Virus record (IMG/VR): IMGVR_UViG_3300050821_001073
Origin: an uncultured virus (IMG/VR IMGVR_UViG_3300050821_001073)
Taxonomy: Duplodnaviria > Heunggongvirae > Uroviricota > Caudoviricetes
DNA: 30,087 nucleotides
Reading direction: 5' to 3' (one strand)
The position numbers and the translations under genes are program-made. Under the pieces are notes generated by a model. It searched no databases. It worked only from the letters and a program-made list of their open reading frames with translations, and was not told the DNA's origin. Positions 16,756-24,596 of this stretch are shown here, in pieces (the stretch's first letter is position 1; every line of letters starts with the position of its first letter).

Positions 16756-18162
16756 TTGATAAATCTTAACCACGATCTGCCCGCAGCTCCCGCTGGAGCA
16801 ACTAATGTCACTTGGCAATCTGATGTCTCTGGGAATGCTTCTGCTTATGTCGGTTTTGGGGCTGCTCCTGCTCCTGTTACGGCCACTCCTGTTGCTGGAG
16901 TCCTTACACTTGATGCTACGACTGCTAATAGCTTCAATGTGCCTCTAACGGCCAATGTCACATCAAGCAGTGTTATTCCTGGACCTAATGGTGAGGTTAT
17001 AACGATAACATGGCAACAGAATGTCACTGGCGGTTGGACTGTGGTTATGCCCACAAATTTCGTGGGAGCGACACCACCTAGCACTGTATCAAATGCAGTG
17101 TCTATCCAACAGTTTCAATATAATAGTGGAACCAATAAATGGTATGCACTTGCAGGTTCGCCAGTTCTATTTGAGACAAACACTACTCCAAATATCTCTC
17201 AAACCACATTGAATCTGATTGCAGGAACCAATGTAACTTTATCCAATGCTTCAGCGGGTAATGTGACAATTAATGCTACTGGTGGTGGAGGATCAGGAGT
17301 AACCAGTCTTACCGGAGATGTCACGGGTACAGGTCCGGGAGCAACAGCTACTACAGTTGCTAAGATTCAGGGAACGACCGTTACAGGCACTACAGGTACG
17401 GGTGCGGTTGTATTAGCAGCGAATCCAGCTTTGACTGGGATTCCTACAGCACCCACAGCAGCTTTGGCGACGAATACCACACAGATTGCCACGACGGCTT
17501 TTGTCATAGCTAATGCAGGTGGAACCCCTTCCCGTGTGAATCCTTTGCCAACACTGGGAAGTTTCACACAGTCTAACTTTGCCAATGGTGGCTCTCCTGC
17601 AACGGCACAGCAAAAAGTCTCAAATGGTGCCATTACCTTATCAATACCGGGCATTGCAACATTGCAAGTGGTAACACTTATGCAGACACCACCAGTTACG
17701 CCGTATAGTTTGGCTATACAATTGAGAGCGATCCCTGGTGTTAGTAGGCAGAGTGCAGCAACTGCTGGTATTTATTTTGGGAATGCTAGCTCAACACGAC
17801 GCATGGGTCTTGAAGTACTTTTGACCAGCGGATCTACTACATTTAGAGTAGAGCATTATACATCACAAAGTGCAGATAGTGGTACAGTTTTTGTTGAAAC
17901 GAATAGTGAAAAGACCCAAGCGGTGGATTGGTGCTACGCCTACGGATGGGGAAGAATTAGAAATGATGGAACTTCGGTATTCTTCGATGTTTCTTATGAT
18001 TTCTTTGGTGAAAACTGGGTTAATCTTTTCAGTGAAACTATAGGAACATTCTTAGCCACTGTTGACCAAATCGGATTTGGTGGTTTGAACGTAATCAGTG
18101 TGGCACAAACAATGACAGTATCAGCTAATCAGTGGCTTATAACGAATTCAGCAGCACTATAA
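16756..18162 (+). CDS. Tail fibre protein with C-terminal lectin-like β-sandwich
   Basis: AAGGAG plus TTG; PALTGIPTAPTA..TNTTQIATTAFV is a classic tail fibre repeat; C-terminal GRIRNDGTSVFFDVSYD...W. Confidence 0.75.
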   Translation: MINLNHDLPAAPAGATNVTWQSDVSGNASAYVGFGAAPAPVTATPVAGVLTLDATTANSFNVPLTANVTSSSVIPGPNGEVITITWQQNVTGGWTVVMPTNFVGATPPSTVSNAVSIQQFQYNSGTNKWYALAGSPVLFETNTTPNISQTTLNLIAGTNVTLSNASAGNVTINATGGGGSGVTSLTGDVTGTGPGATATTVAKIQGTTVTGTTGTGAVVLAANPALTGIPTAPTAALATNTTQIATTAFVIANAGGTPSRVNPLPTLGSFTQSNFANGGSPATAQQKVSNGAITLSIPGIATLQVVTLMQTPPVTPYSLAIQLRAIPGVSRQSAATAGIYFGNASSTRRMGLEVLLTSGSTTFRVEHYTSQSADSGTVFVETNSEKTQAVDWCYAYGWGRIRNDGTSVFFDVSYDFFGENWVNLFSETIGTFLATVDQIGFGGLNVISVAQTMTVSANQWLITNSAAL

Positions 18163-18176
18163 AATAGGAGAGTGGC

Positions 18177-18587
18177 ATGTCACAAGGAACAGGTAATCCT
18201 AACATTCCCTCAGGGTGGCTAAATGGCACCTCTCCTAGAGGCTCATTGCCTTTTTTCGCAGATGATATCAACTTCACTGGAGCTTTGAATCGCTTAAGAC
18301 CCCACGTTGCCAATGGCCCCATCAATGCACAAAAATCTGCTAGTCATTCGCTTTCGATAGGTACAGCTTATACAATTGCAGCCCCTGGTGATGATGATTT
18401 CTTTGTAGAAATTGTAACCCTCGACACTGCTGCTCCAGTCCTTACCTTCACTGGTGGGACACTAAGGAGCGGGACTGCTGCTGTAGCTACGGCACATTTT
18501 GCTGCATTTGCAGGGTCGAGTTTAGTTATAGTTTCTCAGAATGGTTTCTGGCACGTCCTTGGAGCCAATCAGGTTACGTTCGCATAG
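18177..18587 (+). CDS. Small structural protein sharing its C-terminal domain with ORFs 2732/3195
   Basis: AGGAG RBS; PVLTFTG.TL.SG.AAVATAHFAAFAGSS near-identical to the 3195 C-terminus. Confidence 0.65.
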   Translation: MSQGTGNPNIPSGWLNGTSPRGSLPFFADDINFTGALNRLRPHVANGPINAQKSASHSLSIGTAYTIAAPGDDDFFVEIVTLDTAAPVLTFTGGTLRSGTAAVATAHFAAFAGSSLVIVSQNGFWHVLGANQVTFA

Positions 18588-18597
18588 AAGGAGATTT

Positions 18598-21500
18598 ATG
18601 GCTGATGTAACCAATAAAGTGAACCTCCGAGGTATAAATGAGTTGGACATCATTACGGCCATACCAGTTACTGCTGCGGTGGCCAATGGAGTAACTGGAG
18701 TTACCTTACCTACAACTGGAACTGGCCCCATAGTACTTGAGAATTCTCCTACAGTGGCAACTCCGAATCTCACAGGCAATACGGTAATTACGAGTGGCAA
18801 TGCACTCACTTTCTCTGGTACGGGAATTGTCAATGCACGTGACATCAACTCTATCGATATTTCAGGGAATGTACCTACGCATGAAGGCCAAGTTTTGATC
18901 TCTCAGCCAGGGAATACGACGGCTGTATGGGCTGATCCTTTCGTTCAGGGTGTATATCCCCCTGGAACCAACGTCACCACTGGTGGACTTGCTGGCGGAC
19001 CCATCAACCCTGTTCTTATCGGCGGCAAAGGCGCTGACGGTCTGTTGCATGACATTTCTACAGATAACAGCGGTGTCGTTAATGTCAATGCGACTTTAGT
19101 AGGATCTTCCTCAGTCACGCAAGGTACGACTCCTTGGACCATCGCTGGTGATTCCGCTTCAGGTGCAGCCAATGCAGGCAACCCGGTTAAGATCAGTGGC
19201 GTATTCAATACGTCTCAGCCGACTGTCACTACGGGTCAGACGGTGGATGCTCAAGCGACGGCTCGTGGAGCACAAATCGTAGCAACAGGTGCGGATACGT
19301 TCAATACGACCGTCAATGCACCCCTTCCGGCAGGTACGAACGTCATTGGGCATGTAATTACGGATTCTGGTTCCACAACTGCTGTGACCCAGGCGACTGC
19401 GGCCAATTTGAATGCAACCGTAGTGGGCACCGGCACATTTGCGGTACAGCCATCCTTGATGCCTAATCGTGTTGCTACTGGAACGATCACCAGCACTGAA
19501 TCGATTGTCATCAGTGCGGCGGGCGTGGGCTCCTTACGTTGGAACATTCTTGGAACATGGACCGGAATCATTGTTTTTGAAGTGAGCATCGATGGAACCA
19601 ATTGGGTCAATTTAGGAGCGCAGCCAACGCCTCTTCTCAATCAGAGTTCAAGCGGAGCAATTACATCTTCCACAACTGCCAATGGTCAATGGATTTCTAC
19701 GGCAGCAGGTACTAACTCAGTAAGAATTCGTGGCAATACTGTGACTTCGGGCACAGCTACGGTTCACATAGAAGCAGGTCCAGGAGTTGCATTTCAGGCC
19801 GTGATCCCTATTGCAGATGGGCAGATAGATCCTAATAACTCTACGACCACGCCATTGGGTGCTAACGCGGTATTTACAGGCACTTCTGTGGATATGGCAC
19901 CGTTTACATCACTTCGTTTGGCTTTATTTACGGATCAGGTTAGCGCAATCGGTGGCGGTCAACTTCAGTTTTCTGAAGATAATACCAATTGGGATTTCAC
20001 ATATCCCTTTACAATTCTTTCAACTGCACTGTCGGCTAAAATCGTTTTCGGTAGAATCGCTCGTTATTTCCGTTTAATCTATCAAAATGGAGCAACACCA
20101 CAAGGCATTATGCGCTGCCAAGTAATCTTACAGCGGTCAGTAGAGCAAGTTAACCATACTCTAATCGGTGGGACTGCAATTCAGGATTCCGATTCGGCGA
20201 CATTAACTCGTTCGGTGGTTGTTGGAAAAGCGGCTACACAAGGCGATTATGTTAACGTTAAGGTATCTCCATCTGGGTCTATCCAGGTCGTTTCAGAAGG
20301 TTCTGTTCTCGGAGATGTAGTTACATCCAGCAAAAGATCTCAATATGATGTTGATTTCTCTACCTCCGATGCGACCGATGCGACCATTATCACGAATACT
20401 ACATCAGGATCAGGCACGATTACCCAGGTTGGTGGACAAGGCATTTTCGCCACAGGAACCGCAGCAGCAGGTGAAGCTAAGGGTGTAACGGTTCAAAAAC
20501 TTTTATATCGTCCAGGATCGGATATATTCGCTGAGTTTTCAGCAGGCTTCACGACTCCTACGGATGCTAACACTGCGCACGATTTCCAACGTATAGGGTT
20601 TTATGATGCGAATAATGGATTCTATGTAGGCTATGAAGGAACGGGTTTCAACGTCAGTACCCGAACCGGCGCGGTGGATACACACATTCCATTGGCAAGC
20701 TTCAATCTTGATCCGTTGACCGGAGTATCAACTTCACAATTCACGAGAATAGGCATACCAGAAGCGGTAAACTTCACGAAATTGAATCTGTATCGTATAC
20801 GGTTCTCTTGGTTTGGTGCTGCGAACATATTCTTTGACATCTTCACACCGGATGGTGGTTGGTTGCCATTCCATGTAATTAGATATCCGAATACAGCAGT
20901 TGTTCCGTCAATAGCTACGGCCAATCTGCCGATGACGATTGATGCCTTTAAGACAGCATCCGATGCAACGAATCTGATCATTATAACAGATAGTTGGGCT
21001 GCTGGAGTGAACGAATCGGCTATTAGGATGAATGATCCGATAGTAAATAGTACTCTTGCTATCCCAACTCGTTCTGTAATTGCGGGAATAGTTGATGGAA
21101 CCGCTGCGTATGGCAACGTACGTCTATCTAATCAGAATGCGCTTCAGATAGCAGGGTCCGGCTCTACATCGGTGGCTGCTGCCGTGTGGACTTCGGCTAC
21201 AGCGATTAACACTGTCATTCCCATTGTGACCAATAACTTCAACTATAATACTGTTGCGGTGAATCTGGTAGGAACTTCTACCATTACAGCAGGTGCTGTT
21301 ACATTTGAAGTCAGCATTGATAATGTCAACTGGGTTGCGCTGGCAGGCGTTAACGTCAATACCCAGACCACTTTTAATGGCATTTTTACATTGACTGTAG
21401 GTACTACTGCGTTCTTGTTCAATATCACGGGCTTCAACTACTTCCGTGAAAGACTATCGACAGCCATTACCGGAACGGGTTCAGTAACAAGCTCCTTTAA

Positions 21501-22071
21501 TATCCAGGGACTTGCTTCTCCGAACGTCTCCAGCACGATCAACACAGGAACGGTTCACGTTTCAGGCGATCAGGGAGCACCAAATAGCCTTGCGAATGCT
21601 TGGCCTATAGAGATAACAGATGGTACGAATGGTCCGGCAGCGATAAAAGCAGCTTCTACGGCAGCAGTTGCAGCAGATGCAGCTTTGGTAGTGGCAATTT
21701 CTCCGAATAATCCCACATTCACAGGTTCAGCACCAGGAGCAACGGCAGCATTATCCTTTTCGGCGGTCGATAGTACGGCATATGAGAACTCACATATCAT
21801 CAAAGCGAGCCCAGGCACATTTTATGGGGTCACTGGGTTCAATAGCAAGGCGAGTTCGCAGTTCCTTCAGGTACACAATACGACCACAGTTCCTGCTGAT
21901 ACCGCCGTTCCTGTTCTTCTTATCTTCTGCCCTGCCAATACGAACTTCTCGTATGACTCAGGACGGTTTGGTAAGTTCTTTAGTACAGGAATGACCATCT
22001 GCAACAGTTCTACGGGTCCGACAAAGACGATAGGTTCGGCAGATTGCTGGTTTAACGTCCTATTTTCATGA
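18598..22071 (+). CDS. Large multi-domain tail fibre/spike protein
   Basis: AAGGAG before ATG 18598; Thr/Gly/Ala-rich; repeated FEVSIDG/DN.NWV β-sandwich modules and a lectin-like central region. Confidence 0.7.
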   Translation: MADVTNKVNLRGINELDIITAIPVTAAVANGVTGVTLPTTGTGPIVLENSPTVATPNLTGNTVITSGNALTFSGTGIVNARDINSIDISGNVPTHEGQVLISQPGNTTAVWADPFVQGVYPPGTNVTTGGLAGGPINPVLIGGKGADGLLHDISTDNSGVVNVNATLVGSSSVTQGTTPWTIAGDSASGAANAGNPVKISGVFNTSQPTVTTGQTVDAQATARGAQIVATGADTFNTTVNAPLPAGTNVIGHVITDSGSTTAVTQATAANLNATVVGTGTFAVQPSLMPNRVATGTITSTESIVISAAGVGSLRWNILGTWTGIIVFEVSIDGTNWVNLGAQPTPLLNQSSSGAITSSTTANGQWISTAAGTNSVRIRGNTVTSGTATVHIEAGPGVAFQAVIPIADGQIDPNNSTTTPLGANAVFTGTSVDMAPFTSLRLALFTDQVSAIGGGQLQFSEDNTNWDFTYPFTILSTALSAKIVFGRIARYFRLIYQNGATPQGIMRCQVILQRSVEQVNHTLIGGTAIQDSDSATLTRSVVVGKAATQGDYVNVKVSPSGSIQVVSEGSVLGDVVTSSKRSQYDVDFSTSDATDATIITNTTSGSGTITQVGGQGIFATGTAAAGEAKGVTVQKLLYRPGSDIFAEFSAGFTTPTDANTAHDFQRIGFYDANNGFYVGYEGTGFNVSTRTGAVDTHIPLASFNLDPLTGVSTSQFTRIGIPEAVNFTKLNLYRIRFSWFGAANIFFDIFTPDGGWLPFHVIRYPNTAVVPSIATANLPMTIDAFKTASDATNLIIITDSWAAGVNESAIRMNDPIVNSTLAIPTRSVIAGIVDGTAAYGNVRLSNQNALQIAGSGSTSVAAAVWTSATAINTVIPIVTNNFNYNTVAVNLVGTSTITAGAVTFEVSIDNVNWVALAGVNVNTQTTFNGIFTLTVGTTAFLFNITGFNYFRERLSTAITGTGSVTSSFNIQGLASPNVSSTINTGTVHVSGDQGAPNSLANAWPIEITDGTNGPAAIKAASTAAVAADAALVVAISPNNPTFTGSAPGATAALSFSAVDSTAYENSHIIKASPGTFYGVTGFNSKASSQFLQVHNTTTVPADTAVPVLLIFCPANTNFSYDSGRFGKFFSTGMTICNSSTGPTKTIGSADCWFNVLFS

Positions 22072-22084
22072 GTTTAGGAGTAAC

Positions 22085-23050
22085 ATGTCTCGAATCATAC
22101 TTGCTCCTGATGGAATAACACAGCTTACAGGCGATGTGACCACTGCAAGTGGTGGTGGTTCACAAGCTGCTACCATCGCCAAGATCCAAGGCACTACAGT
22201 TTCTGGAACTACTGGCACTACAAATGTAGTCTTTAGTAACTCTCCTACGCTTGTCACACCTACTTTGGGGGTGGCATCGGCCACTGAACTAGATGTAACT
22301 ACGATTAAACTAGACGCAACTAATAAAGATACAATCCTGACTAGATCGGCAGCAGCTACTTTACAGTTTGGTGATGTGAACTCAGCCACTCCTGTGGCCC
22401 AAACAATTCAGGCACAGGGGTCGAGGGGTGGTACGGATACGAATATTAGTGGAGCTAATCTAACAATTAATTCTGGTGATGGAACAGGAAATTCTGTGGC
22501 ATCCTCTCTAATCTTCCAAACTCCAACATTACAAGCATCTGGCACAGCCCAACAGGTAATGACCACACGAATGACTGTAGCAACGGCTGGAGTGTCATTT
22601 ACAGGGCCAATAAAGTCACTGAATAACGTAGCAGTCACAAGTACAGGTGTTCCAGGAATAGTTGGAACTGCAAATACTGCGGGATTTGTTGCTGATATAG
22701 CATCTACTACTTTATTCACTACTAACGCTTTGACTAATTTATATAGAATTAGTGCCCATTTAGTAGAATACGTGGCAGCATCAGTTTCATCAACATTACC
22801 TACTGTACAAGTCGTTTATACGGATTCTATCACTTCTGGAACGATAACAATGGATGTTACTCCAATAGCAGCGGGTGTGGGACAGGGACAGACTGGTGCT
22901 TTAACCGCAAATACAGTTGGGTTGTCAGTGGCAGGCGTAGTAGTAATAAATGCAGCAGGAGGTACAGCCGTAAAATACCAGACTACGGGCTATGCAAGCA
23001 CAGCAGCGGGCATGACATTTGCAATACATATTAGAGCAGAGATGCTATAA
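22085..23050 (+). CDS. Tail fibre protein
   Basis: AGGAG RBS; LTGDVT...AKIQGTTVSGTTGT..VVFSNSPTLVTPTLG fibre motif shared with 16756. Confidence 0.7.
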   Translation: MSRIILAPDGITQLTGDVTTASGGGSQAATIAKIQGTTVSGTTGTTNVVFSNSPTLVTPTLGVASATELDVTTIKLDATNKDTILTRSAAATLQFGDVNSATPVAQTIQAQGSRGGTDTNISGANLTINSGDGTGNSVASSLIFQTPTLQASGTAQQVMTTRMTVATAGVSFTGPIKSLNNVAVTSTGVPGIVGTANTAGFVADIASTTLFTTNALTNLYRISAHLVEYVAASVSSTLPTVQVVYTDSITSGTITMDVTPIAAGVGQGQTGALTANTVGLSVAGVVVINAAGGTAVKYQTTGYASTAAGMTFAIHIRAEML

Positions 23051-23060
23051 AAAGGAAAAT

Positions 23061-23480
23061 ATGCCGATAATATTACCCGCATCACAAGTGCGGACTTCCA
23101 CTCTTGGAGGGAAAGTCATTGCCACAGATACCCAAGATACTGTTGCGGCCATCGCTCTAGATGTTGACATGACCAATAAAGTCATTGTAACTACATTTAA
23201 ATCGGGAACTTTAGCGGCTGATGGCAGTTTTGCGGAAAATGGTGCAGGAACCATAACCAGCGTCTCTATTGATCTCATAGCAGGAACCTTCGTTGCTGTG
23301 GGTGGTTCTCAACTTTCAGGAGCAGCCCCTGACCCATTGCTTGCATCTGTTATACAAGACCTAGTAACACTTGGGCAGAGCATCGAACAGGCGGCGGCTG
23401 AGATGCTGACTGCAACTACTGGCGAAATTTACACATTTGTACCGATTGCTATGCCGAAACCTATTGTAACCCCTGCATAA
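23061..23480 (+). CDS. Hypothetical protein (possible fibre chaperone)
   Basis: AAGGA RBS before ATG 23061; follows the fibre genes; function inferred from position only. Confidence 0.55.
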   Translation: MPIILPASQVRTSTLGGKVIATDTQDTVAAIALDVDMTNKVIVTTFKSGTLAADGSFAENGAGTITSVSIDLIAGTFVAVGGSQLSGAAPDPLLASVIQDLVTLGQSIEQAAAEMLTATTGEIYTFVPIAMPKPIVTPA

Positions 23481-23485
23481 TTCTA

Positions 23486-23494
23486 TGTTATAAT
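23486..23494 (+). promoter_or_regulatory. Extended -10 promoter (TGtTATAAT) upstream of the GNAT/ejection genes
   Basis: Perfect TGnTATAAT in an intergenic gap. Confidence 0.65.
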
Positions 23495-23512
23495 AGATAT
23501 AGAGGGCATTTT

Positions 23513-23896
23513 ATGGAAAACCGACTGATTACTGAACAGGATAGGGGAGTTCTTGAGACGTCCCTAGCTGCCGATCAATTCCACAAGGACACGACCAGCG
23601 CCGACTTCTTCTACGGTCTGAACTCAGAATGTAGGATTTACACGGAAAATGAGCAGCCAGTGGCTTTCGTTAGATGTTCCAAGGCGCTACGTCTGGATAT
23701 ACAGTTTGTCTCGAACGACGCGAAAAGGCTCAATGCTCGTCTCCTTCTTGAGAATCTTGAAGCATTTTGTCAACGTGCCGCCGATAGCGGATATAGCGAA
23801 ATAGTTTTTGAATCAAGTTCACCTGAACTAGTGGCGTTTTGTGTGGCCAAATGTGGCTTTACTGCCGTAGCAGGAGAACTCCGTAAGTTATTGTAA
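23513..23896 (+). CDS. Putative GNAT-fold protein (T7 gp13-like position)
   Basis: 127 aa; RLITEQD N-terminus, PVAFV strand, ..AADSGYSEIVF...LVAFCVAKCGF C-terminus; directly before the ejection genes. Confidence 0.5.
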   Translation: MENRLITEQDRGVLETSLAADQFHKDTTSADFFYGLNSECRIYTENEQPVAFVRCSKALRLDIQFVSNDAKRLNARLLLENLEAFCQRAADSGYSEIVFESSSPELVAFCVAKCGFTAVAGELRKLL

Positions 23897-23907
23897 AGGT
23901 GGTACTT

Positions 23908-24573
23908 ATGTGTGGTGGAGCGCCCCAGGCCCAAAAAGACGTGGCCAATCAGCAATCGTCCTTCTTTAAGACAGCGCAAGATCAGGCCGGTCAAGTATTC
24001 GGCAATTCCAGCAAAGTGTTCAATGACCTTATGACATCATATGCGCCCATCGTAGCAGCAGGACCTGGACAACAGGGCTTTTCGGCACCCGAACTAGCAG
24101 CACGCAATGCTTCGGCCATTGAAACGACAGGCAGAGCCTACAAGAATGCAGCAGCAGCAACAGGTAACGCGCTATCGGCAGTTGGTGGGGGAAACCTAGC
24201 AGTTGCTGGTGGATCAGAAATTGGCAGAGAGATGGGCGTAGCTAATGCAGGAGCAGCCCAAACGTCCAGCGAATTGAACAATATTCAGCAAGAGAACTAT
24301 GCTACTGGCCGTAAGAATTATTTTGAAGCAGCACAGGGACTCGCGGGCGCACCGAGTACGTTTAATGCAGCAACGGGCATGATGGGTGCAGCGAATACTG
24401 CGGGAGAAGCGGCATCTAAGTCCCAGAATGAAGTAGCATCAGAAAGTAGTAGTCCATGGAAACTTCTTTCAGGAGCGTTAGGTGGGCTAGCCGGGAACGC
24501 TCTCGGTGGAATTGGTAAGGGTATAGGCGGTAAGCTTGGTGGGATGATAAACCCGCAGGATTCAAACGCATAG
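23908..24573 (+). CDS. Ejection / internal virion protein (small, gp14/gp7-like role)
   Basis: AAGGTGG RBS, MCGG start; Ala/Gly/Gln-rich helices; Gly-zipper hydrophobic C-terminus. Confidence 0.65.
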   Translation: MCGGAPQAQKDVANQQSSFFKTAQDQAGQVFGNSSKVFNDLMTSYAPIVAAGPGQQGFSAPELAARNASAIETTGRAYKNAAAATGNALSAVGGGNLAVAGGSEIGREMGVANAGAAQTSSELNNIQQENYATGRKNYFEAAQGLAGAPSTFNAATGMMGAANTAGEAASKSQNEVASESSSPWKLLSGALGGLAGNALGGIGKGIGGKLGGMINPQDSNA

Positions 24574-24596
24574 CATCTTCAAAAAGGAAATTATAA

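Noticed and set aside
4200..18520. Diversity-generating retroelement TR/VR pair (3195 vs 18177 C-termini)
   Set aside because: Differences are mostly synonymous third-position changes, not adenine-specific; both copies are coding; no reverse transcriptase in the window.
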